Of a DNA stretch of 39,244 nt, positions 7,402-15,149 are shown one piece after another. This DNA comes from a virus. The notes under the pieces were generated by a model. The model was not told the origin of the DNA and searched no databases. It was given only the letters and a program-made list of their open reading frames with translations. Each line of letters opens with the position of its first letter. Positions within the stretch are counted from its first letter, which is position 1. Position numbers and translations under genes: made by a program. The stretch lies in UHGV virus genome UHGV-0144129. One strand, written 5' to 3'.

Positions 7402-10053
7402 TTATTTTGATTCCAATAGTTCGAGTCGCTCTTCAATACGATCGCATCGGCGGCGCTGATATGCAGCCTCAAGCCAAGCGCACTGGTCAGGCCGTATGCC
7501 CCATGAACTACCCGCTTTTTTAACCAGCCTCTGTTCTCCGGTGTCATATTCGACGGTGACCAACTCACCAGACGCATCGGTAATCTCTTTAGTCGCGATT
7601 ACCGGCTCAAAAATATCGTCCCACTCGTCATAGCAAAGAAGGCCAAATCTGGTTCCATCAATTCCGTGCGCCAGGAATACATCTCTTACCTGCTGAGCCA
7701 TGACGCCAAAATGCCATCTGGCACCATCGCCCTTCATGGATATAGCGTCGAGCCATCGATACGCCACAACAGAAATATCGCCCCAGGCATCAAGAATGCT
7801 GTCTCTATCAGAAGAAAGCATTTCACTTAAATCTGATATTGCCTCGGGATTGGTTTTCAGCGTGGCATCTGATGAAACGGTTGGGGCATTTGCAAAGTAG
7901 GCGTCTTTAATACGAAACGATGCCTGACCAAAATTATAGGTATTGTCAGCAAACGGGCGAAGACCTGTATTATAAAACCGCCAGCGTATGGTTCCTCCCA
8001 ATGCTGTCGGGTCGCTGTTGCATGCAATATCCACCGTGGTGGCAGACCTAAACACAGAAGAACTACCGCCCAATACCAAGCTATTTGCGCTAGCTGTAGC
8101 CTGCTGGTCAAGGACCAATATTTTCTGAGAGTTTGTAGTTGCACCGGCATATGATGATGCAGTGATGCGGTTTAATTGGTTTGTATCAGGATCTGCGTTT
8201 TGCTGAATGGTTAAGTTAGATGCCCACTGTGCCGGTCGCTGGCGCACAAATACAAAGTCACCAGAAGGATTAGTTGCAACCAAATAACTAATGCCACTAT
8301 CAGATGAATAATAGTTGACTATAAAAGTCTGATTATTCGCATTCAGTATTTCAACATATGTGCTGGAAGGGATTGCCACGCCAGATATATCAGCAATGCT
8401 GACAGTCCCTGTGTAAAAATTAAATGCCTTCTGACTCATCTCCTGCATATAGCGAAGAATTTCAGTCATGTTAGTGAACAACGTACCATCTACAGGGTTA
8501 ACAATCCCCTTCGCACTACGGGGATATACCCCAATGCTCGCGTGATCGATATCAAATCCGCGGTAAAGCCTGGATGCAGGTGTAAAATCGATAGCATCTT
8601 TATCAGTGGAGAAATCTTCGAAAATAACCAAACCTGAATTGTAAGGTTCAGAGCCAGTTCTTTCCTGATGAATGTAAAGTGAATAAATGGATTTTCCATC
8701 CTGAGAAACACAAACGCCTTCATTTTCTATGCGAGTGACGTTCAATCCTGCGGCTTTCATTAAATCCATCATGGCCTGAGGATGAAGCATTGATTCAGTT
8801 CGCTTTGTACCGTCAGGGTTAAAAACTTTGCTGCCCTGATATTCGTTATATCCTGCGCTTCCTGCCCCATCAGCTATGAAGCCGCCATAGCCGCAGACAA
8901 AGTAGTTATCACCTACCGCAATACCCTGACGCTTGTTGAAATAAGGCGCATAAGGTGAGGTGCTTTTAGTTACATACCCAACATCATGTAACGGCAGCGT
9001 TATAGTTGACAGGCGATTGAAACCACTGTCGAACACTGCAAGTACAGTTCTTGTGATTTTCTGTCCTACTTCTGGCGCATTCTGCTCAACGAGCCATATA
9101 CCTCTTCTGTAGCTGAACTGGTTGAATAATCCAACATCATGGTTTTGTACAAGAGGCAGATTGCTTCCGTATAATGCCCCCTCCATATTAAATTCACGCA
9201 GTATTCCGTTTGTGTGACCAACAAACATTTTTTTTGGGCCATAGTCTGACGTAACCACGATTCCTTCAGCAGCGAAGCCTGGGCCGCCAGCCTGAACATA
9301 GAAATAACCTTGATAAATACCAGATATGTTAAATACTGCGACGACATTATTCGTCTGTTTAGGCTCAAATGGATAAGTGATGTATATCAAATCTTCGCTA
9401 ACGCAGAATCCTTGAGGATACATATAAGTTGCTGACGGGTTAGCAGCCATAATCGCATCATATTCAGGAAAAAGAAGCGGCATCGTAGCTACAATCTTTC
9501 TTTGGTGATTTGTAAAAATATCGTTTTTAGCGCTGTTAGGTGTAGGCGTTACACCTCCAGTAAAAAGATCATCAACATAACCTTTATTGACAGCATCGTT
9601 TCTGTCAGTGGCATTTGCTAGATTTGATATCTTATTATTTTTTGCATCATAATAGTTAGCCAGAATGCTTGGTTTTATAAGTGCTAACCTCATCCATGAA
9701 AAACACTTTTGAATAAGCATTGTCAGTTTATCGAACGCGTCTTCATGTACCTCAGCGAAGAACTTACCCTGATTACGCAAATCAGTATCCTGCGTAACCG
9801 GGAGCTCTCGTGATATAGAAATATGATAACCGTTAGCCAACGCCTTCGACAGAATTACATTACCGCCATTATATCCTCCAGCATTGGTTACTGTGTAGTC
9901 AGTATCCAGAACCAATTCTGTTACGTTCCCGTTCAGGTCAGACACCTGAACAACCAGGTCGGATTTTTTGAAAATACGGAAGGTATACGGAAATGATGTC
10001 GTAGCTCCGTTACCAGTGTATTCGTTGTGGTCAACTTCGGTTGAGACCGTCAT
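7402..10053 (-). CDS. tail fibre / tailspike with T7 gp17-like N-terminal anchor and C-terminal intramolecular chaperone (S74-type) domain
   Basis: N-terminus (YTGNGATTSFPYTFRIF...LDTDYTV) follows the T7 gp17 tail-attachment pattern. C-terminus (WHFGVMAQQVRDVF...GIDGTRFGLL) matches the auto-cleaving chaperone domain of endosialidases and L-shaped fibres. Position is after the internal virion genes, as in T7. Confidence 0.7.
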   Translation of the reverse strand: MTVSTEVDHNEYTGNGATTSFPYTFRIFKKSDLVVQVSDLNGNVTELVLDTDYTVTNAGGYNGGNVILSKALANGYHISISRELPVTQDTDLRNQGKFFAEVHEDAFDKLTMLIQKCFSWMRLALIKPSILANYYDAKNNKISNLANATDRNDAVNKGYVDDLFTGGVTPTPNSAKNDIFTNHQRKIVATMPLLFPEYDAIMAANPSATYMYPQGFCVSEDLIYITYPFEPKQTNNVVAVFNISGIYQGYFYVQAGGPGFAAEGIVVTSDYGPKKMFVGHTNGILREFNMEGALYGSNLPLVQNHDVGLFNQFSYRRGIWLVEQNAPEVGQKITRTVLAVFDSGFNRLSTITLPLHDVGYVTKSTSPYAPYFNKRQGIAVGDNYFVCGYGGFIADGAGSAGYNEYQGSKVFNPDGTKRTESMLHPQAMMDLMKAAGLNVTRIENEGVCVSQDGKSIYSLYIHQERTGSEPYNSGLVIFEDFSTDKDAIDFTPASRLYRGFDIDHASIGVYPRSAKGIVNPVDGTLFTNMTEILRYMQEMSQKAFNFYTGTVSIADISGVAIPSSTYVEILNANNQTFIVNYYSSDSGISYLVATNPSGDFVFVRQRPAQWASNLTIQQNADPDTNQLNRITASSYAGATTNSQKILVLDQQATASANSLVLGGSSSVFRSATTVDIACNSDPTALGGTIRWRFYNTGLRPFADNTYNFGQASFRIKDAYFANAPTVSSDATLKTNPEAISDLSEMLSSDRDSILDAWGDISVVAYRWLDAISMKGDGARWHFGVMAQQVRDVFLAHGIDGTRFGLLCYDEWDDIFEPVIATKEITDASGELVTVEYDTGEQRLVKKAGSSWGIRPDQCAWLEAAYQRRRCDRIEERLELLESK

Positions 10054-10156
10054 GTTAAATCTCCAGATAGTCGCAGCACCCGTTGCGCCGCATATCTGGT
10101 TATTCTATTACCTGAAAAACCACATATGGATAGATAATCCATAAATACGAAAAGAT

Positions 10157-10173
10157 ATTACCTTTCAGGTGAT
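10157..10173. promoter_or_regulatory. operator-like imperfect palindrome ATTACCT-TTC-AGGTGAT (family A)
   Basis: Member of a recurring TTACCT-N3-AGGTAA family. Lies about 50 bp upstream of the LexA box. Confidence 0.4.
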
Positions 10174-10209
10174 TTGCAAAACGTGCTGGATAGCAAACAA
10201 ATTATTTGC

Positions 10210-10229
10210 TACTGTATAAATATACAGTT
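10210..10229 (+). promoter_or_regulatory. LexA (SOS) box
   Basis: TACTGTATAAATATACAGTT is CTGT-N8-ACAG with an AT-rich spacer and TA flanks; 18 of 20 match the E. coli consensus TACTGTATATATATACAGTA. It sits about 20 bp upstream of the ATG at 10249. Confidence 0.65.
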
Positions 10230-10248
10230 ATTGCATGGAGAAGATAAG

Positions 10249-10506
10249 ATGCAGCAGTATCACTATCCACTGGAAGACGGATTTACCGAAAGGATTCACA
10301 CGCCGGGAGGCGTCAGGTCACTGGTGGAGGGATCGCACTTGATGAAATTACTCCGGGATCTCGATAAGGATGGATTTAATGTCGATGGCCCACTTGCCGA
10401 ACTGACTGCACTGATTAACTACGTCACCAGCTCACAGATGTCTATGCGGGATCTGCAAACACATCTCGACTATTGTGCCGAACAATTACGAAAACAAACC
10501 CGGTAA
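10249..10506 (+). CDS. SOS-controlled mini-antirepressor (stand-alone copy of the Ant C-terminal domain)
   Basis: GGAG 8 nt upstream of ATG. The 85 aa product aligns over its whole length with the C-terminal about 80 aa of both Ant proteins (PLxxGxxxxIHxPxGV...DGxxVxGxxAELTxxxxYxxxxxxxxRDxQTHxxY). Confidence 0.55.
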   Translation: MQQYHYPLEDGFTERIHTPGGVRSLVEGSHLMKLLRDLDKDGFNVDGPLAELTALINYVTSSQMSMRDLQTHLDYCAEQLRKQTR

Positions 10507-10528
10507 ATTTAAAGGCCGCAAGAGCGGC

Positions 10529-11257
10529 CTATCGTTTCGCTTTGTGCTCATCCCAGCACGTTTTGCACCATGCCATTAAGCCGTCCGCATTTTGATTATT
10601 AGGGTAAAAGCTGGTTCGTTTTCTGCGGACATTACAAATTGGGCACCACTTCATATGGCGTGTATTCTTTGGGCCATCGAGACACCTTGCACACCATTTA
10701 GTCAATCCATCTGGATTTTTTGACGATTTCCTGAATTTTTCATATGGAAGGTTTATTCTGCATCGCAAGCACTGCTTGCTACCACTTGAAACTCTGTTAG
10801 CTGATTCTTCTTTTGGCGGCGATACAGAAGGTATTCTTGCTGGCTCTGATATTGCCTGAGGTGCTTTTTTAGATGACTGAGACGATATGTCATCACCAGG
10901 GAATCTTCCATGATATGCCGGACGCGTTGACACTCCAGGTGGAATCTCAGCTGTAAACGGCTTTGGCTGAATCAGTTGCCTCTCTTTTGCTAACTCCTGC
11001 TGTTTATAATATGTCTGGATTACCGCACTATCATAAGCAGGAGGTGCGGAAATATTAGGCGCATTACCTCCAGTTTTTTGAAACTGAGTAGAGGTGTGTT
11101 CTATCACCTGTGTACGATTAATCGTTATCTCCCCATCTTCGGTCTTTATCGTTTTGTTATGATTAACGACCGTACGATCAGAGATCTTAGTCTTGTTCTG
11201 GTTGATAACGTAAATAATCACCGCAACCACACCAACAACTATCCAGAAAACTTCCAT
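10529..11257 (-). CDS. membrane-anchored protein with tandem zinc-ribbon motifs
   Basis: SD GAGG before ATG. N-terminal TM helix, Pro/Ser-rich linker, then two repeats of a P/ADGLxxWCxxC unit with extra CxxC pairs. Transcribed immediately before the tail fibre gene. Confidence 0.5.
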   Translation of the reverse strand: MEVFWIVVGVVAVIIYVINQNKTKISDRTVVNHNKTIKTEDGEITINRTQVIEHTSTQFQKTGGNAPNISAPPAYDSAVIQTYYKQQELAKERQLIQPKPFTAEIPPGVSTRPAYHGRFPGDDISSQSSKKAPQAISEPARIPSVSPPKEESANRVSSGSKQCLRCRINLPYEKFRKSSKNPDGLTKWCARCLDGPKNTRHMKWCPICNVRRKRTSFYPNNQNADGLMAWCKTCWDEHKAKR

Positions 11258-11276
11258 TGCTTTTCCTCACAATAAC

Positions 11277-11293
11277 ATTACCTTAAAGGTAAT
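11277..11293. promoter_or_regulatory. operator-like perfect palindrome ATTACCT-TAA-AGGTAAT (family A), with an adjacent half-site at 11301-11311
   Basis: Perfect 7-3-7 inverted repeat 20 bp upstream of the ATG of the minus-strand gene ending at 11257. A TTTCAGGTGAT half-site follows 8 bp later. Confidence 0.45.
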
Positions 11294-11656
11294 ATCTTGC
11301 TTTCAGGTGATCAAGCGTTAAACGTAATCAACCAAATACGGTTGATTTTAATATTTCTTCGCGTTTATCATTACCTTTGCGGTAAATTTACATTGCACTC
11401 CTCTTGTGCCATAGTAATCGGGCACTGGCAAAATCCAGTGCCGGGATTGGTCTCCCGGATTACTAAGTGGCGCATACCACGCCAGACGTGGTTTTTTTAT
11501 GCGTATAGCACAGTCATGCCAGAATTATGGTGGGCTGAATGGGGGTCCGAAAGGACGCCGGTACCACTTAGGCCGGTAAGACCAACTCCGTTCAGTTCAC
11601 CACCATCTGATTGGTCTCAGCGGTGGTGATGTAATTCGCTAAGTGGAGACGCCATC

Positions 11657-12313
11657 ATGAACGCTCAACTCATCCCCGTATTCAACGGCACTATATCTAA
11701 CGAAACAGCCCTACTTTGTAATGCCCGCGATCTGCACGCTTTTTTAGGTGTTAAAAAGGTGTTTGCAGCATGGATTACAAATCGCATATCAGAATACGAA
11801 TTCATTGAAAATCAAGACTATATTTTGCTTTCCAATTTGGGAAAGCAAACATCTGGTAGAGGCGGCCACAACCGCAAAGAGTACCACCTCACCCTTGATA
11901 CAGCCAAAGAGCTGGCGATGGTCGAGCGTAACGAAAAAGGTCGCCAGGTGCGACGCTACTTCATTGAATGCGAGAAACGTTTAAGACAACAAGAAACAAA
12001 AGTGGAGAAGGTCTTGTCAGGCTTCATGCCCGCCATTATGGAGGCGATCAAGCTGGAAGACAAAAAAGAATACAGCGCCCCACTGAAGCCCGGCTACCGT
12101 AGCCTGATTCATTCGCCGTCTGGTGTTCTCGGCCTGACGGAGAACTCACTGCTGATGAATTTGCTGAACCAGTTACAGGAAGACGGGCACGATGTATCGG
12201 GCGCGGCGGCGGAGCTGACCACCATGTTCTGCTACATCGTTGGTGTGAGCAAATGCCTGCGTGATATCCAGACGCACGCGGAGTACATCAACGACAAGGC
12301 AGGATTCTTCTGA
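11657..12313 (+). CDS. antirepressor-like protein (second Ant; Bro-N/ORF6N-like N-domain plus shared Ant C-domain)
   Basis: N-terminal region ([22 protein letters not shown]...) resembles phage antirepressor / Bro N-terminal domains. The C-terminal 80 aa are near-identical to the C-terminus of the Ant at 13323-14267. Confidence 0.55.
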   Translation: MNAQLIPVFNGTISNETALLCNARDLHAFLGVKKVFAAWITNRISEYEFIENQDYILLSNLGKQTSGRGGHNRKEYHLTLDTAKELAMVERNEKGRQVRRYFIECEKRLRQQETKVEKVLSGFMPAIMEAIKLEDKKEYSAPLKPGYRSLIHSPSGVLGLTENSLLMNLLNQLQEDGHDVSGAAAELTTMFCYIVGVSKCLRDIQTHAEYINDKAGFF

Positions 12314-12337
12314 CAGAACGGCGGCACAGGGATGTGC
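12083..12337. repeat. left arm of a ~255 bp inverted repeat (3' end of ant2 plus 25 bp of 3' UTR)
   Basis: Reverse complement matches 13300-13555 at roughly 95 percent, by eye alignment. Confidence 0.7.
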
Positions 12338-12385
12338 CTTTAAATAATTCTGTACAGATTGCAGACTGGGGGTGAATAGCGTACT

Positions 12386-12402
12386 ATTACCTCACGGGTG
12401 AT
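12386..12402. promoter_or_regulatory. operator-like imperfect palindrome ATTACCT-CAC-GGGTGAT (family A)
   Basis: Same left half-site as the other family A sites; about 140 bp upstream of the gene at 12543. Confidence 0.3.
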
Positions 12403-12542
12403 CCATAGCGATTAGGCACCGATACAGGAGGAGCCCACATGAGAAAATTTGACGAGTACGAAGGCGTTTAACATTCGGATAGTTCATTTACCCTAATGGT
12501 AAATCCCGCTTAAAGAAGCATCTATATATTATGAGGTGATGT

Positions 12543-13178
12543 ATGCCACAACAACTGCTGAATCCGGCAAAGGTAACTGAGGTTTTCGCTCATCTGAACG
12601 AAACTCCAGACAACCGCGCCCTGTATTCAGAGTTAGTGAACGGCAACGATGTCACATCTGATGTCAAAGGCGTTTCTCTGGCTCCTGGATACCGCGTTGT
12701 CCGTGTAGACGATCGTAAGAAAGGCGAGATTCCACAGGCGCACTTTGAACTGTCATTGATAAATGACCTCACCGAAGAGGTAGTGTATTACAATCGTGTC
12801 ATTATCCAGCCTGACAGCTATCTTAACTGCCGTCCTGTCACGCAGATATTGGTATGGAGAACCCAGAAGCCTAAGCATCGTGCTGTGCTTCATGATTTCG
12901 CCGGCATCATCTTCATGAACTACCTCTTGGAACGGTACGATATCATCGTGTCAGATCGCAACCAGACTCATGAAGGCATGTCGTTCTGGCAGGCTCGCAT
13001 GTATGACGCACTGGAACTTGGCCTCCACCTCTATGGTTACGACATGATGACATGCGAGCTGATAGAGATGAATAACGAGGAAGAGCTTGAGAAAGGTGAA
13101 ACCTGGTTGTGGGGTGATGCGGAAAACTTCCAAAACAGATTGGCCATAATTTCAAAGCATAAGCTGCCAATAAAATAG
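12543..13178 (+). CDS. hypothetical protein (cargo between the inverted repeats)
   Basis: 211 aa ORF with normal codon usage and its own terminator. No motif recognised. Confidence 0.5.
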   Translation: MPQQLLNPAKVTEVFAHLNETPDNRALYSELVNGNDVTSDVKGVSLAPGYRVVRVDDRKKGEIPQAHFELSLINDLTEEVVYYNRVIIQPDSYLNCRPVTQILVWRTQKPKHRAVLHDFAGIIFMNYLLERYDIIVSDRNQTHEGMSFWQARMYDALELGLHLYGYDMMTCELIEMNNEEELEKGETWLWGDAENFQNRLAIISKHKLPIK

Positions 13179-13185
13179 TTCTTTA

Positions 13186-13208
13186 AGCCCGCGGCGCGGG
13201 CTTTTTTG
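13186..13208 (+). terminator. rho-independent terminator of the 12543-13178 gene
   Basis: gcccgcg-gcg-cgggc hairpin followed by T6. Confidence 0.55.
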
Positions 13209-13244
13209 TGTCTGCGGATTCCCGCCCGGGTGGCGGTGGTATTC

Positions 13245-13272
13245 GTTAAAAACAAGGCCGCGAAAGCGGCCT
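13245..13272 (-). terminator. rho-independent terminator of ant
   Basis: ggccgcgaaagcggcc hairpin; on the minus strand it is followed by a ttgttttt run. Confidence 0.5.
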
Positions 13273-13284
13273 GTGACATGTCAC
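13273..13284. repeat. perfect 12-bp palindrome GTGACATGTCAC (family B, copy 1)
   Basis: Exact palindrome; identical copies at 31802-31813 and 34253-34264. Confidence 0.5.
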
Positions 13285-13299
13285 GATAGTTCCGTTTTG

Positions 13300-13555
13300 C
13301 ACATCCCTGTGCCGCCGTTCTGTCAGAAGAACCCTGCCTTGTCGTTGATGTACTCCGCGTGGGTCTGGATATCACGCAGGCACTTGCTCACACCGACGAT
13401 GTAGCAGAACATGGTGGTCAGCTCCGCCGCCGCGCCCGATACATCGTGCCCGTCGTCCTGTAACTGGTTAAGCAGATTCATCAGCAGTGAGTTCTCCGTC
13501 AGGCCGAGAACACCCGACGGCGAATGAATCAGACTGCGGTAGCCGGGCTTCAGCG
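13300..13555. repeat. right arm of the ~255 bp inverted repeat (3' end of ant plus 3' UTR)
   Basis: See the left arm at 12083-12337. Confidence 0.7.
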
Positions 13556-14267
13556 GATAACCATAACATTTTGTCTGTGTTTTAATTGCCTCACGAAGCG
13601 CATCTAACATCTTGACTGCCACTTCATCATTCTCTGATGCAGATCCAGCAGGGAGATGCTCCCCTTCAAGCGGAACCCGAGCAACAAGAGACAACGCTTC
13701 GGCGAATTGATCTTCATCAATTTCTTTGTACGAACAGCCAAAATGAGATTTCAGTGACGACCACATGGTGATCATCGCCTTAGCCTGTTTTTCTTTTGGC
13801 AGAGACTGACCGCGACTCATGACGAGTTGTTTAATGGCTTCCTGCTGTTCAGTGGTTATTTTACCCGGCAACGCCTTTTTAGCTTTGCGTGGGTTAACCA
13901 CATGGCCTTTAGTCCAGTACTCGTAGAGCACATCGTCACACTCTTCCTGATACTGGATTACCTTGTCGCGGATTTCAGGGCGGACTTTGTTAGGGCTGAT
14001 GGTTTGCAACCAGCCAGCAAGTTTGCGAAGTGCCAAACAAATAATCTCACGGCGCTGTTCATCCCCAGGAAGCTGCATTGTGATTTTCACAATGCAGGTT
14101 TTAAACCGCTGCTTCATTTTCGTAAACTGTGAAGCCCAATCCATACCCATGCCTTCAACGATAGGTTTCATTGGGGTGTACGGTTCTCCGTTGTGATTGA
14201 CAACATAAAGTTCTGCGCCGTGGAATGGCACGTTGATAGTAGATACCGCTGTTGCTATACTCGTCAT
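13323..14267 (-). CDS. ant: antirepressor Ant (AntA-type N-domain plus shared C-domain)
   Basis: N-terminus (INVPFHGAELYVVNHNGEPYTPMKPIVEGMGMDW) is AntA-like. Directly downstream of the arc-like gene, as in P22 immI. Confidence 0.7.
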   Translation of the reverse strand: MTSIATAVSTINVPFHGAELYVVNHNGEPYTPMKPIVEGMGMDWASQFTKMKQRFKTCIVKITMQLPGDEQRREIICLALRKLAGWLQTISPNKVRPEIRDKVIQYQEECDDVLYEYWTKGHVVNPRKAKKALPGKITTEQQEAIKQLVMSRGQSLPKEKQAKAMITMWSSLKSHFGCSYKEIDEDQFAEALSLVARVPLEGEHLPAGSASENDEVAVKMLDALREAIKTQTKCYGYPLKPGYRSLIHSPSGVLGLTENSLLMNLLNQLQDDGHDVSGAAAELTTMFCYIVGVSKCLRDIQTHAEYINDKAGFF

Positions 14268-14339
14268 GTCGTTAATTCCTATACGTAGTTTTACGATACT
14301 GAAGCCCTGACGGTCTGGCCACCGTTGGGCTTCGCTGTT

Positions 14340-14507
14340 TTATGCCACGCTATTCTTCTCACCAGTGAGTCCATACACTTTCCTCAGCTGATAGATAATC
14401 TCTGTATTGAACTTTCGGCATTCTTTTTCGCCATTTCTTTCAATAGCTAACTTCACATCGTCCGGAAAACGAACTCGTCGTTGACACATCTCTTTTGCTT
14501 TTTGCAT
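14340..14507 (-). CDS. Arc-like ribbon-helix-helix repressor
   Basis: Start is the internal ATG (MQKAKEM...) with SD AAGGAG 7 nt upstream. The RRVRFPDDVKLAIERNGEK...NTEIIYQLRK region has an RHH beta-strand plus two helices. Sits between the mnt-like gene and ant. Confidence 0.55.
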   Translation of the reverse strand: MQKAKEMCQRRVRFPDDVKLAIERNGEKECRKFNTEIIYQLRKVYGLTGEKNSVA

Positions 14508-14521
14508 TTCATATCTCCTTA

Positions 14522-14536
14522 GCCCCACCGTGGGGC
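14522..14536. promoter_or_regulatory. operator-like palindrome GCCCCAC-C-GTGGGGC at the ant promoter
   Basis: Perfect 7-1-7 palindrome just upstream of the arc SD. Its CCACNGTGG core recalls the P22 mnt operator (from memory). Confidence 0.4.
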
Positions 14537-14542
14537 AAAACA

Positions 14543-14571
14543 ATTGTCACACCGTGCGTCATTGATGTCAA
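14543..14571 (-). promoter_or_regulatory. candidate sigma70 promoter for arc-ant (P_ant-like)
   Basis: Minus strand: perfect -35 TTGACA (complement of 14566-14571), 17-bp spacer, -10 GACAAT (complement of 14543-14548). The palindrome above lies at the predicted start site. Confidence 0.4.
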
Positions 14572-14627
14572 GCACACGGTGAGGCATACTTCAATCATTG
14601 CAAGTAACTCAATATTTGGTGAAGAAC

Positions 14628-15059
14628 ATGAGCAGAGAAGATCCACAACTAAGGATCAGACTTCCCGTTGAAGTAAAAGAAAAAATAGAAATTTCTGCAA
14701 AAGCCAATAAGCGCTCAATGAACGCTGAAATAGTACAACGTCTTGACACCAGCTTTCTGAAAGATATTCATGAAGATGACGTAATTTCTGCTTATGAAGC
14801 AAAAATTATTGCAAACAATGCACGGCATGAAATATCAAATATTATTTTCAAAAGAACTTTTAATGAAATCAATAAGAAAATAACACTTGGACATACAAGT
14901 TTTTATATAAACCTTAATGACCTTGAACTGGAATCACTTGCAGATAATGATTACCAGATCATCTTTGAAAAAACATTTAATAAGCTCAATGAACTAGGTT
15001 ACATCATCTGTGAAAACTCATGGGATGCAGATGGTTTTGGAATTGAAATACCTGAATAG
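14628..15059 (+). CDS. mnt: Mnt-like ribbon-helix-helix repressor with a long AT-rich C-terminal extension
   Basis: MSREDPQLRIRLPVEVKEKIEISAKANKRSMNAEIVQRLDTSF closely parallels the N-terminus of P22 Mnt (sequence recalled from memory). Divergent from arc-ant. About 60 extra C-terminal residues compared with P22 Mnt. Confidence 0.6.
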   Translation: MSREDPQLRIRLPVEVKEKIEISAKANKRSMNAEIVQRLDTSFLKDIHEDDVISAYEAKIIANNARHEISNIIFKRTFNEINKKITLGHTSFYINLNDLELESLADNDYQIIFEKTFNKLNELGYIICENSWDADGFGIEIPE

Positions 15060-15149
15060 GAAGAACAAAAGGCGTGTACATATTACACGTCTTTAATACA
15101 ATTGAAAAACGCCACATTACTGATGTATGTTACAACAAGGAGCGATATT

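Noticed and set aside
11297-11629. 110-aa plus-strand ORF upstream of ant2
   Set aside because: No SD and unusual composition, and the region contains terminator-like hairpins. Treated as non-coding (possible sRNA) instead.
13273-13284. GTGACATGTCAC as a CRP or LexA site
   Set aside because: CRP needs TGTGA-N6-TCACA (spacing here is 4). LexA needs CTGT-N8-ACAG. Neither fits.
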